IMG/VR virus record: IMGVR_UViG_3300032180_000001
Span: 96,001-160,000 of that record
From: a virus
Strand: one strand, 5' to 3'
DNA: 64,000 bases
Position 1 is the stretch's first letter, and each line of letters starts with the position of its first letter. A program made the position numbers and the translations under genes. Shown piece after piece: positions 44,629 through 54,031 of the stretch. The notes under the pieces were generated by a model, which had not been told where the DNA came from, searched no databases, and saw only the letters and a list, made by a program, of their open reading frames with translations.

Positions 44629-44757
44629 AGCTTTCCCTCCGCCTGCAGTCTCCGGGTCAGGCCAATTCTGTGCTCGACATCAAGCCGGACTCCGAACCTG
44701 GCGATGAACACCGGATTGGCAGTTATCACCGTCATGACCTGCGAAGATCTTCACCGC
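44625..44757 (-). pseudogene. Chimeric scar: glycosyltransferase 5' end joined to a PLD-gene 3' end
   Basis: GTG AAG ATC TTC GCA GGT CAT GAC GGT copies the start of the GT at 44397; the following ITANPVFIARFGVRLDVEHRIGL copies the end of 45048-45671. Confidence 0.65.
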
Positions 44758-44856
44758 GCTGTCTCCTAACATACGTAAGGCCGATACCATCGGGGTGATA
44801 CCAGTCGCCAAACCACGCCGGAGCGCCAAGAAACCGAAGAAAGCACCAGAGATCCT

Positions 44857-45051
44857 TCACCTGAACACCCCTCTCCGCTTTGCCGTCATCCGTTCAGCCT
44901 GCGTTCCGAACAGGGTAACTCGCTGCGCGTGCGGGTGCTCACGGGAGACAGTTCCGGTCCTAGTCGTGCATTTAGTTCCAGCTCGGGCATGGCAATACGG
45001 GCAGGCTACTCCGCTTTCCACCAGGCGCCGTGCGTCCCTGAGCGTGCTCAC
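44857..45051 (-). CDS. Small zinc-finger protein
   Basis: VACPYCHARAGTKC...HPHAQR. Confidence 0.6.
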   Translation of the reverse strand: MSTLRDARRLVESGVACPYCHARAGTKCTTRTGTVSREHPHAQRVTLFGTQAERMTAKRRGVFR

Positions 45052-45671
45052 TTCTTCGCTGCCCTCGCCTGCTTTTTAGCCTGCCGTGATAGTCCGGTGC
45101 GGTGCTCCGTATCAAGCCGCGCGCCAAACCTGGCCAGGAACACCGGATTAGCGCTCACCAGCAATGTATTGTTTTGAGCCTTGTAGCCAGGAGCGGGCTT
45201 TACCGTCGGATCGAGACTGATGCCGGTTCCCTCACCGGACGCCGACCAGTTCGTTGAGCCCTCCCAGCCGAGACCCTGCCCGACCAGTACCCCGCCCTTG
45301 GTATGGCTGATCTGACCCGTCGCGGACTCTGTGACTACGAACGAATTATAAAAACCCGGATCCGCTACCTCATCGGCTGCGAGGATAACCCTCTCATAAC
45401 GACCCTGCGCCTGATAGCTGTCCAGAGTACCCTGAACGGACACGTTCGGATTCTTCAGCAAAGCCATGATGGCATCGTTCAGCTCCCTGTCGTCATAGCC
45501 GAACATATCGATTTTCAGGCCCATTCTTTCATTAACAAGCAAATCGAGAAGAATGCCATGAACATCATCGCGGCCGACGAGAAACAGGTAATGATCACCG
45601 TAGCCGAGAGTCAAGACGCCTTCCGATGTATAACGGCCGAAACGAGCGAGTCGTGGGTCATCGTAAGTCAT
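45048..45671 (-). CDS. Phospholipase D/nuclease-superfamily protein with a single HxK motif
   Basis: ISHTKGGVL...EGSTNWS...QNNTL. Confidence 0.75.
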   Translation of the reverse strand: MTYDDPRLARFGRYTSEGVLTLGYGDHYLFLVGRDDVHGILLDLLVNERMGLKIDMFGYDDRELNDAIMALLKNPNVSVQGTLDSYQAQGRYERVILAADEVADPGFYNSFVVTESATGQISHTKGGVLVGQGLGWEGSTNWSASGEGTGISLDPTVKPAPGYKAQNNTLLVSANPVFLARFGARLDTEHRTGLSRQAKKQARAAKK

Positions 45672-46228
45672 GGCAAGAACCCCCAGGCTAGATGCCCGAC
45701 CTGCCCCTGAACGCCTGTCACGTCGTCAGCTGCCTCCGTCACACCGAACCCCGGATGCCCAGTGGCGGCGCAGCGCCCGTAATCGTGATAAGCAATAAAT
45801 CCGCCAGGCCGGATCAGCGGCAGTGTGAATGAAAGATCGGCTCGCACCGATTCCTCGCTATGATGAGCATCGAGGAACACGCCATCGAAAATAGGCGGAT
45901 CGTGCCGCATTCTGGGCAGGGCATCCTCGAACCGCTCTTTCACCGGCGTAACGCGATCTGCTACCCCGTACCGGTGGATGGTGTTCCAGAAGATGTCCCA
46001 GGTGTCACCGCGGCCGGCCATGTCGTCACCCTGATGCCAGTCGACGGACACCACGTGATCCGCAACCGAAGCAATCACCACCGTCGAGTAGCCATGGTAG
46101 GCACCCAGCTCCAGCACATACTTGTCCCGGCACAGTGCCGCCAGCGCGGTTGCCTCGGCCGGGGTAACAGCGGAGCTGACGTCGTACGGAAAAATGATCT
46201 GACGCTCGGGGCTATCTGTTTCGCTCAC
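45668..46228 (-). CDS. Class I SAM methyltransferase (Methyltransf_24-like)
   Basis: VLELGAYHGYSTVVIA...FDGVFLDAHHSEESVRADL...IRPGGFIAYHDY. Confidence 0.85.
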   Translation of the reverse strand: MSETDSPERQIIFPYDVSSAVTPAEATALAALCRDKYVLELGAYHGYSTVVIASVADHVVSVDWHQGDDMAGRGDTWDIFWNTIHRYGVADRVTPVKERFEDALPRMRHDPPIFDGVFLDAHHSEESVRADLSFTLPLIRPGGFIAYHDYGRCAATGHPGFGVTEAADDVTGVQGQVGHLAWGFLP

Positions 46229-46237
46229 TAGCTCATC

Positions 46238-46903
46238 CTAATCATTCCAGGCGCTCTTCCCTCTCGGTGCCCAGTGGCTGAGACCTCGCTCGGCGTGGTC
46301 ATAGTACCAGCGCTGCTCATCGGTCGGATTTTCCAGATCCTCATACCAGGCAAGATGCTCGCCAATATAGGGAGGCCCGGTACGCAGCGCGCCATCCAGG
46401 TCGAACCCAGATCCTTCCCGGTACAGGGCGAGCGTGGTATCGATATCTGCCCGGTAGGCACCATCACCCAGTGGATACTGCCAGAACTGAGTTTCGTGCC
46501 CGACGACCTGCTGCTTACGGGAGTAGTGATCTGGGAGGTTGTCGATGCGCAGCCCGAGTCCGGCCTTCGTTCGATCCGGGTACTTATCCAGCAGGGAACC
46601 GAGATGCTGCGGCCAGTCCGGTGGGCAGTCGAGCGCAGGCACGACATCCGGATCAGTGACGATATATCGTTCGCTGCCGCGTGCCACGTTGAACGGCTCC
46701 CAGCCCCAGAGACCTCGCGGGTGGCCGCCGCCCCGGCGCAGAACCGTGATACCTCGTGCTTCCCAGGACCTAAGCAAGCTGAGCGCAGCAGGCCAGGTGC
46801 TGCCGTGATCAACGATGACAACTTCCAGCTGCGCGTCCATTAGTGCCTTCAGGCAGTACCGGGCATACGTTACCCGATCTCGGAAGATTACGAAGGCCTT
46901 CAA
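46238..46903 (-). CDS. GT-A (GT2-like) glycosyltransferase
   Basis: VVIVDHGST...YIVTDPDVV...ADIDTT. Confidence 0.72.
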   Translation of the reverse strand: MKAFVIFRDRVTYARYCLKALMDAQLEVVIVDHGSTWPAALSLLRSWEARGITVLRRGGGHPRGLWGWEPFNVARGSERYIVTDPDVVPALDCPPDWPQHLGSLLDKYPDRTKAGLGLRIDNLPDHYSRKQQVVGHETQFWQYPLGDGAYRADIDTTLALYREGSGFDLDGALRTGPPYIGEHLAWYEDLENPTDEQRWYYDHAERGLSHWAPRGKSAWND

Positions 46904-47250
46904 CCGCTCACGACTCCTGCTTCCGGCGCCCGGCGTCGGCGCCTCTTACGCGAAACTTCCGGCTCAACGACCAACGCGACTTCTGGTTCCCGCGCAGCTT
47001 CCGGCACCTGCTCCGGCACCTCCATAACCGGCACAACTGCGGGCGTCTTATACCGCTGGCCGTCCAGGTAATACGACTCGCTATAGCCGATGTGCTCCCG
47101 GGCAAGGATGGCCACCGGAGTCCAGGTACGCCCGCCGATCACTACTTCGGATGACTCACATCGATAACCGTCCTGACGGTGCACGATCGCAGCCGTAGCA
47201 TCGATTAGCTGAACGCGCCGGTGATGCAGCTTGCAAGTGAGTCTCGTCAT
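46900..47250 (-). CDS. Hypothetical protein
   Basis: 116 aa, coupled in the operon. Confidence 0.5.
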   Translation of the reverse strand: MTRLTCKLHHRRVQLIDATAAIVHRQDGYRCESSEVVIGGRTWTPVAILAREHIGYSESYYLDGQRYKTPAVVPVMEVPEQVPEAAREPEVALVVEPEVSRKRRRRRAPEAGVVSG

Positions 47251-47906
47251 TGTTTACACAGCTTCCTTGATGGCCAGCCTGGCAGCAAGTCGAACGCTTT
47301 CGGCTTATTCTGGCCAACCCATTCCTCCGCCTGGTGACGGTACTCATTCTCCGGCGGCGGTAGTTCCCGAAGGTATTGCGTTCTAGCCCACCAGTAATTA
47401 CCACCGTACATCGGTACCGTGACCGGATAATCTGGCGGGTTGTGATGCTCTTCCGGGGTCAGCCAGTGGCAGCCGACAGTGTCATAATCGTGCAGCAGAG
47501 CCGCGCACGCCCGCCAGTTGCTGACGACATGCCTAGTCATCGACCGGCGCCAGATCGCGTTCCACTCCGAATCGTCATGAGCGCCCTTAGTGTGCGCGTA
47601 CAGCACAGGGAAATTACCCGGAATATTATGGATATCGCAGTGAAGCTTCGAGAGGGTAAGCTGCTCAAATCCCTCATCTGCTTCAACCCACACCTCCGGA
47701 ATTGGCACGCCGTTGCTCCCGAACCGCATCACGATATGGTTTTTAGCCCGCTCCCGGTCTTCCGGATACCCGACCAGGCCGACAACCGTTTCACCCTCGA
47801 ATCCGGATTTCCCGAGAGCCTCGGCATGCTCGCGAACCGGAGTCGACCAGGCTCCAGAAGCGTAAACATGGTAGAAGTGGCGAATGTAAGAACTGATGTA
47901 ACTCAC
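47247..47906 (-). CDS. Putative glycan-modifying/GT-like protein
   Basis: FEQLTL...VLYAHTKGA...WRRSM...YGGNYWWAR...RHQAEEWVG; family typical of viral glycosylation clusters (inference). Confidence 0.55.
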   Translation of the reverse strand: MSYISSYIRHFYHVYASGAWSTPVREHAEALGKSGFEGETVVGLVGYPEDRERAKNHIVMRFGSNGVPIPEVWVEADEGFEQLTLSKLHCDIHNIPGNFPVLYAHTKGAHDDSEWNAIWRRSMTRHVVSNWRACAALLHDYDTVGCHWLTPEEHHNPPDYPVTVPMYGGNYWWARTQYLRELPPPENEYRHQAEEWVGQNKPKAFDLLPGWPSRKLCKQ

Positions 47907-48553
47907 GTTTGTTCCTTCTCCCGCCAGCGGTAAGCACTCGGCCAGGAATCGCAGGTGATCTCGCTGACCCGTACGTACGGCACTTCTTCGTTCAGCCAGA
48001 GCAGCACCATGTCCCAGTCTTCCCAGCAGCTGCCTGGCTCGCTCCATGTCCCCCGCTCCAGAGTCTCCCGACGGTGCATGATCATCGGCGTACCGACATT
48101 TCCGGCGGAAATCTGACCATGACCGACCTCGTGCACACCATGCGGAGCGTGACTGGCTAGCAGGGACACCGCGAATCCGGCCTTCGGGTTCTCGTCCAGC
48201 GCGCGAGCCAGCACCTCGCAGTGCTGCGGCCGGAGCGTGTCGTCGTCGTCACAGTAGGCGATGTACTCGCCGCTGGCGTATTCTAGGCCGTGCAGCCTAG
48301 CCGGGGCGCCCCAGTGCTTATCCTCGGTATGCTCCGGCAGCTCAAAATACCAAAGCTGCTGCCCCCGACGGAAACGAAGTGCCAACGGGGTGTTTTCTAT
48401 GCGCTTCCGCAACTCCGGATCCGGGCCATCGCTGATGATGATATGCTCGACTGCTGGATATGTCTGTGCCTGTACACTCGGAATACACCTGCTCACCAGT
48501 AGCTCGTGCCGTTTCCAGGTTGGGGTGATCACCGAAATCAGGGGCGTGCTCAT
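47903..48553 (-). CDS. GT2 glycosyltransferase
   Basis: LISVITPTWKR...EHIIISDG...GEYIAYCDDDD...WEDWDM. Confidence 0.9.
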   Translation of the reverse strand: MSTPLISVITPTWKRHELLVSRCIPSVQAQTYPAVEHIIISDGPDPELRKRIENTPLALRFRRGQQLWYFELPEHTEDKHWGAPARLHGLEYASGEYIAYCDDDDTLRPQHCEVLARALDENPKAGFAVSLLASHAPHGVHEVGHGQISAGNVGTPMIMHRRETLERGTWSEPGSCWEDWDMVLLWLNEEVPYVRVSEITCDSWPSAYRWREKEQT

Positions 48554-48708
48554 TGTCTCCTCGCTGGTGGGTAGAGGGCGATCCAGATCAGAACAAGCAT
48601 GACAACCGTCCAGCCCCAGTAGCCCGGTATGCCAAGGATGCCCAACGCAATAATCACCGCTATCCCAGCTAGCAGTCCGGTAATGTGAACGGCTGTTCTC
48701 CGGGTCAT
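48550..48708 (-). CDS. Small two-TM membrane protein
   Basis: 52 aa, hydrophobic, ATGA overlaps. Confidence 0.45.
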   Translation of the reverse strand: MTRRTAVHITGLLAGIAVIIALGILGIPGYWGWTVVMLVLIWIALYPPARRQ

Positions 48709-48796
48709 CGCAGTAGCACCTGGGCAGCCACGAGAATCAGCGCCAAGGTGCAGGCCCATGCACCAAAAGCATAATAAAAAGCACGTAGGGCAAGCC

Positions 48797-49426
48797 TCAT
48801 GACGGCCACGGTTCCGTCCATTCCCCTCTCGTAACCTTTCGCAGCGCCTCATAATACAGCGCCCGATCGTAATTGGTCCGTGCTTCCTCCGACCCCATGC
48901 CCGCCCCGCGTTTATGCATCGCCCAGTGATGGTTAAATGAGTACTTGTTGCACATCTTCGGCGGAAATCCAGCCTGCCGTCCCCTATCGCTGAAAAAATC
49001 ATCAGAGTAATAATGCGACAAAAGCAGCGGACTTATTTTCTCCCACTGCTGACGGCTGCAGAACGGAATAACAGTAATACCAGTATCGATGCCGTCCGGG
49101 AACTCGGAACTGGCATATGGCCGCGACTGAAGTATTCCCAGGTGAACGTTCAGTACCCGCGGAGCCGGCAGGAATCCACGGTCAGTCAGCTCGATTGCCG
49201 CGAGATCCCAGCCGTCCATGGGCTCCAAATCATCACATGTCAGGTGAATGTAGTCGCCTTTCGCCTTATCCGCACCGGCCTGCCAGGCCTTACCGCATGT
49301 CGAATGATCATACTCGGTAATGATCTCGTTCGGAGTGCTGGTGCGATCGCGGTAGGCGTTCAGGCAGCGCTCATAGTGATCTTCGCGGCCGGGAATCGTC
49401 GGAATGATGATCGAGAGCAGGGTCAC
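48797..49426 (-). CDS. GT2-like glycosyltransferase
   Basis: LLSIIIPTIPGR...GDYIHLTCDDLEP...HYYSDD. Confidence 0.8.
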   Translation of the reverse strand: MTLLSIIIPTIPGREDHYERCLNAYRDRTSTPNEIITEYDHSTCGKAWQAGADKAKGDYIHLTCDDLEPMDGWDLAAIELTDRGFLPAPRVLNVHLGILQSRPYASSEFPDGIDTGITVIPFCSRQQWEKISPLLLSHYYSDDFFSDRGRQAGFPPKMCNKYSFNHHWAMHKRGAGMGSEEARTNYDRALYYEALRKVTRGEWTEPWPS

Positions 49427-49596
49427 GGGAACTCCGATTTCATTGTCCGCAACGCCTCAATCAAAGCATCGAGATCTTCACGATCTATGCTTATAGCTTC
49501 ATAACCCTCATCGCGGATAACTATATCAACATCCCGGCCTTCGACATAGATACGCTCTGAGCCATCTTCCGCTACTCCGATCCGCTTAACGGTCAC
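49423..49596 (-). CDS. Small hypothetical protein
   Basis: RBS ggagg; GTG start; GTGA overlap. Confidence 0.45.
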   Translation of the reverse strand: MTVKRIGVAEDGSERIYVEGRDVDIVIRDEGYEAISIDREDLDALIEALRTMKSEFP

Positions 49597-49614
49597 CCCT
49601 CCACCTCCACGAAG

Positions 49615-49917
49615 CTAGACCGCCGTCAGTAGTATGTAAAGATTCAAAGCACCAGAATACGTATTCTTCACGTATACAGGGTCGCGATCTGTAATGAATG
49701 AATACGAATTAGTGCCGACAGGCGTTCCTTCTGCATTCGGAATAGCGAACGACAGCGACGTTCCTGTGGAATCTTGCGACAGAACATTTTCTCCAGTAAT
49801 ACCTCCCGTGTCCCCGCTGTGCAGGCTCACCGTGCAGCGTATTGGGCTGATACCGAGAGCCGTGAACACCTCGACAACAGCTCCTCCTGCGACAGTTACT
49901 GTAGCTGCATAAATCAT
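49615..49917 (-). CDS. Hypothetical (beta-rich) protein
   Basis: RBS aggagggg; 100 aa. Confidence 0.55.
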   Translation of the reverse strand: MIYAATVTVAGGAVVEVFTALGISPIRCTVSLHSGDTGGITGENVLSQDSTGTSLSFAIPNAEGTPVGTNSYSFITDRDPVYVKNTYSGALNLYILLTAV

Positions 49918-49943
49918 GACTACCCCTCCTGCGATTTTCTTGA

Positions 49944-50789
49944 TTAACTAATCCTACCCTCAAATGACTGTTCTGTCATTGAGAGCCTTTCATCGAGAAG
50001 CGACATAGCATAAATATCATACTCGTCTAGATCAAAATCAAAGATACTAATATTCTCCTGAAGCCGTTCAAATGTACCTGTCTTCGGAATCACCGAATTA
50101 CCAAGCTGCAAACTCCAACGCAGTACTATTTGTGCTGGGGACCGCCCATACTTGCTCGCAATAGAAACTAGTATCGGCGAATCAAGATTCTTTCTTCCCC
50201 GACCAAGCGGACCCCATGCCTGGGTAATAATATCAAACCTATTATGAAAAGTTCGTTGCGCAGCCTGGGGACACCAAGGATTTAGCTGTATCTGATTCAC
50301 GGAAGGCGGAGTAGAAGCATAACTAAGAAGACAGGTAAGATCATCAAACTTAAAGTTAGAAACACCGATACTCCGGCATCTGCCATCATTCAGAAGCCGT
50401 TCAAACGCCCGCCACGCTCCCTTGGTCAACGCTACCTCCATCCTGGGCCAGTGCATCAAGTAGAGATCAATCACGTCAAAGCCAAGACGTATCATACTGG
50501 CATCGAATGCCCGAAGCGTAGAATCGTACCCGTCCGCAGCCCATACCTTACTCGTAACAAATAGCTCATCACGAGGAAGTCCCGATTCAGCAACAGCCCG
50601 ACCTATTCCCGCCTCATTGCGATACTGATCGCTCGTGTCGAACATTCGGTATCCGATATTTATAGCCTCGCCAACTATAAGTTGAGCCTGATCATCGGAC
50701 AATTTCCACGTACCTAGTCCAAAATTTGGCATAGCCCTACCAGAGTTAAGTTGGACTGTCGGAACCACCGTTACTGTCATCCCAGCCAC
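49944..50789 (-). CDS. Aldo/keto reductase (AKR5/DkgA-like)
   Basis: GLGTW...GYRMFDTSDQYRNE...LFVTSKVW...DLYLMHWP...IGVSNF...NQIQ...QIVLRW...VIPK. Confidence 0.95.
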   Translation of the reverse strand: MAGMTVTVVPTVQLNSGRAMPNFGLGTWKLSDDQAQLIVGEAINIGYRMFDTSDQYRNEAGIGRAVAESGLPRDELFVTSKVWAADGYDSTLRAFDASMIRLGFDVIDLYLMHWPRMEVALTKGAWRAFERLLNDGRCRSIGVSNFKFDDLTCLLSYASTPPSVNQIQLNPWCPQAAQRTFHNRFDIITQAWGPLGRGRKNLDSPILVSIASKYGRSPAQIVLRWSLQLGNSVIPKTGTFERLQENISIFDFDLDEYDIYAMSLLDERLSMTEQSFEGRIS

Positions 50790-51721
50790 GTGCCTTCACT
50801 ATCAAATCTTGACACGTAACCTAGCGTCTCCTTCATTCCATCGTCCAGGCTTTTCTCCGGTCGCCATCCCATCTTCCACAGCCGGTCACTATCAAGCATC
50901 TTACGCAGCGTAATCTGACTATCCGGGAGAATCTCAGTCAGCGACGATCTACAGCCTGGAACGAGGGCCATGCACCGACTGGCCAGCTCCCCCGTAGTGA
51001 TATGCTGGTCATTCCGGTTAACGTTCCATACCCCAGATAGTCCTGATTCTACAATCAAGGCCAGTCCTCGGCAAGTATCACCCACATACGTAAAACAGCG
51101 CATACAACCCTTATGAACGATAATTGGCAGACCATGATGCGCCTGCCAGAGCATAGTATGCAAAGCGTTGTACCCGATAACCCCCGTGCGCCCGGAAAAA
51201 CGCGGCACCGTACCAGGCAGCGGCAGAACAGCGGCTGGACCGTAGGGCATGTTCAATCGAGTAATCATCAGCCCATCGGGGGCATACAACCGACACGCTT
51301 CTTCTCCCCACTTCTTGGACAACCCATACATATTCAGCGGCTCTAGCGGCATGGACGTCAGAATATCTCCCCGCTGATCAGTGGTTTTACCATACACCTC
51401 AGACGATGACATAAACATGAGCCTAGCCCCCGTCTCCGCAGTATCCCGAGCTAGCTCAGCAGTCAGTCCAACATTAGCCTTCACCGTAAGCTGCAGATTC
51501 TTTTCACCCCACACACGCCCGTACAAAGCAGCAAGATGAATCACAACATCTGGACGCGCGTAAGCCAGCCAGCTTCGCCGAGCATCATCATCATGCAAAT
51601 CAAACAGCATATCCGCCCCCGCTTGAATATCCTGCCCGAACACCTCGTGACCGCGTTCAGCAAAAGTTTTCACTAGCCAGCCACCGATATATCCAGCCGC
51701 ACCAGTTATCGCGATCCTCAT
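50777..51721 (-). CDS. NAD-dependent epimerase/dehydratase (extended SDR)
   Basis: IAITGAAGYIG...SSSEVYG...YGLSK...NMPYGP...RCFTYVGD. Confidence 0.92.
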   Translation of the reverse strand: MRIAITGAAGYIGGWLVKTFAERGHEVFGQDIQAGADMLFDLHDDDARRSWLAYARPDVVIHLAALYGRVWGEKNLQLTVKANVGLTAELARDTAETGARLMFMSSSEVYGKTTDQRGDILTSMPLEPLNMYGLSKKWGEEACRLYAPDGLMITRLNMPYGPAAVLPLPGTVPRFSGRTGVIGYNALHTMLWQAHHGLPIIVHKGCMRCFTYVGDTCRGLALIVESGLSGVWNVNRNDQHITTGELASRCMALVPGCRSSLTEILPDSQITLRKMLDSDRLWKMGWRPEKSLDDGMKETLGYVSRFDSEGTWLG

Positions 51722-52035
51722 TGCCCGACCTCCCGCCAGCGCGCCTCGACCAGCCGCTCAGCCAGCACCGTAGCATCATAATCCCAGATCTGCTCATTGC
51801 GGTACAGCGGGTGTCCCAGCGGAAGCGTCTTCGCGCGGAAGTTCTCCAGGTACCGGATGTTCTCCCAAATCTGGATCCAGCGCCCGCCCCGGGACTTAAC
51901 CAGCACCTCGACCCGCTCATTGGCGCTGCCCGGATTCGGTCGCGTCACATAGGCCCGCGCCCCGACCGCCGCAACGTTCCTCGGGACGGTGAAGTTGCAC
52001 TGCACGACGATCCGGTCTCCTGGCTCAGGCATCAT
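51718..52035 (-). CDS. Hypothetical protein
   Basis: 105 aa; ATGA overlap. Confidence 0.55.
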   Translation of the reverse strand: MMPEPGDRIVVQCNFTVPRNVAAVGARAYVTRPNPGSANERVEVLVKSRGGRWIQIWENIRYLENFRAKTLPLGHPLYRNEQIWDYDATVLAERLVEARWREVGQ

Positions 52036-52232
52036 CCGGAACCTTCCGCAGCCGGGGCAGCCGTGACCGCACCAGGTCATCCCAGCGGTAGTGAGCACCC
52101 AGGAAGTGCCGGGTCATCCCCGTGGGCGTGAAGAACATCCTCCGGCAGGACACGCACCGGATACTGCGGCTGCTTCCTCGCATGGAGAGACTGTATCAGA
52201 CGGGAAGCTCGCTAGAAACTAGCCTGACAGGG

Positions 52233-53150
52233 TCACATGTGATCACGGTCATCACCCCTGGCAGTGACCCCGGGTTCCATTCCCCGCGAGTACACGCGTG
52301 CACTTTCGGGACGCCCGTCGGCACTGAACCCGGTTGGCAGAACGGCAACTGTCGGGACTGAAGACGGAGAGTATGGCACCAGAGAACCACCTGTGTCCGT
52401 CACAGCAAAACCAACGTTAAACTGCTCGAACGGAAAATTCGCCTGCATGTCATCGTTATATCCCGGAGTCAGGACACCAGCGGACGAATTAACCGTGTAA
52501 AGCCATGATCCCCCAAATCCAGCCGGCCCGGTAACCCAGATGTTAAAGCCGAACGAATAGTGCGCCGAGTCATCTGCCGCCGGGGAATCCTGGAACGCAC
52601 TGCTAAATTCCCAGGCAGCAAAGCACCCGGCACCAGGCGCAAGAGCTGGCATGGGAACTGGATAGCTGTTTGCAATACTAGTGTTTGAAACAAAGAAGGT
52701 GTCTACAGCAGGATACCCCCATTGCGGACTACCCCGAGTGGATCGTAGGATAAAGCCAGACGGCTCTACTGCATAGTCAGAATTCGCTGGAACAGTAACA
52801 GAGCAACTGATCCCGGTGACCGTACCAGTAACAATCCCGAACCATACCTCGGTGCTAACAGGAATATCCGAACCAAGCGGCGGCGGAGATGTCAAAACTC
52901 GATGCCATGTGACATTAGCACTGCTGACGGTACTCGATCCCGGAACGTATCCGGTCGTCAATACATGCAAGAACACCAGGATGCAGTCACCCGAATGAAC
53001 TAGGGTAAAATCGCAAGGCCAGCTGTCAGCTGTCACAACCAGGTCTCCTGAACCATTGCTAAGAGGCTGCCCCACCCCTGTTCCGGATCCCCAGAAGGGA
53101 TTCTGGTTATTACCGCCTGGACCATCATTACTAATGAGGCTAATAGTCAT
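52233..53150 (-). CDS. Beta-rich virion protein ending in the 'SARVY..PGVTARGDDRDH' tag
   Basis: 305 aa, Ser/Thr/Gly-rich; tail shared with 30318-30530. Confidence 0.7.
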   Translation of the reverse strand: MTISLISNDGPGGNNQNPFWGSGTGVGQPLSNGSGDLVVTADSWPCDFTLVHSGDCILVFLHVLTTGYVPGSSTVSSANVTWHRVLTSPPPLGSDIPVSTEVWFGIVTGTVTGISCSVTVPANSDYAVEPSGFILRSTRGSPQWGYPAVDTFFVSNTSIANSYPVPMPALAPGAGCFAAWEFSSAFQDSPAADDSAHYSFGFNIWVTGPAGFGGSWLYTVNSSAGVLTPGYNDDMQANFPFEQFNVGFAVTDTGGSLVPYSPSSVPTVAVLPTGFSADGRPESARVYSRGMEPGVTARGDDRDHM

Positions 53151-53336
53151 GACGGACCGCCTCTCTCACGCCCCCACTGACGTACCTTACCAGTAACTAC
53201 ACCGTGATGTCAGTTACCTTATCGCTGTGGGCACCCTTGTTCGTCGCCTTCTCACTGCCGTTCTTCTCCGGCAGGCCACCAGTCTGGCCACCGAGAGCCT
53301 TCTCGCTCCCGTTCGGATAGACTCGGGAAAGATCGC

Positions 53337-53528
53337 TCACGTCTGCTCCCAGTCCCCGCCACTGGAAGCGCCGTTGTCCGACCAGCCGCCTGCGATGTTC
53401 CCGGCGCGATCAGCGGCGCCGCCATCCGGAATCTTCTCCCACTTGCCGATCGAGCCCTCGCCCGTAGCGTCGTACGGCTGCCCTGGAACGTTCGGCGGGC
53501 TGGTGATCGGGTTCGGTGCGTCTGCCAT
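53337..53528 (-). CDS. Small disordered protein (paralog, ends WEQT)
   Basis: PYDATGEGSIGKWEKIPDG...GNI...DWEQT. Confidence 0.6.
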   Translation of the reverse strand: MADAPNPITSPPNVPGQPYDATGEGSIGKWEKIPDGGAADRAGNIAGGWSDNGASSGGDWEQT

Positions 53529-53545
53529 GTCAGTCTCCTTGCTCG

Positions 53546-53761
53546 TTATGTCTGCTTCCATCGTCCGACATCCGGAAACGCTGCGGTAACGTTCCCGCTC
53601 AGGTCTATCTCCCCGCTGTCACCGTCGACGGCCTTCCACCGACCAGCGGGAGTCTTGTCGGTGGCATCCCAGTCGCGGGGTGTCGCGCCATTCGTTCCCG
53701 TCGCCGTAACAACGTGCGGAGAATCAGTAGCCGGTCCGTTCGTCGCTGGATTGCCTGCCAT
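53546..53761 (-). CDS. Small disordered protein (paralog, ends WKQT)
   Basis: WDATDKTPAGRWKAVDG...GNV...RWKQT. Confidence 0.6.
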   Translation of the reverse strand: MAGNPATNGPATDSPHVVTATGTNGATPRDWDATDKTPAGRWKAVDGDSGEIDLSGNVTAAFPDVGRWKQT

Positions 53762-53775
53762 CTAGGTCTCCCGGA

Positions 53776-54027
53776 CTACTTCCAGGCGGGCGGGCTCGGA
53801 CTCCACCCTTGCTGCCCGCTCGCCTGCGGCTTCCCGTCCGTTCCCGGCTTAATCGGAGCGCTGTTGCTCGGCCCCTCGCGAACAGACTGGATATCGTCCG
53901 AGGTAACCGATTCTGAGTCCGTGCCCGGCGCCCCAAAATCCGGCTGTTCCGAGATAGTGTTCGTAGCCGCCATCGACCCAGCCTTAACACCAAGACTGTC
54001 CTTTGCCAAGCTACTGAGATCCTGCAT
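53776..54027 (-). CDS. Small disordered protein
   Basis: MQDLSSLA...GAPGTDSESV...PAWK. Confidence 0.55.
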   Translation of the reverse strand: MQDLSSLAKDSLGVKAGSMAATNTISEQPDFGAPGTDSESVTSDDIQSVREGPSNSAPIKPGTDGKPQASGQQGWSPSPPAWK

Positions 54028-54031
54028 GTCC

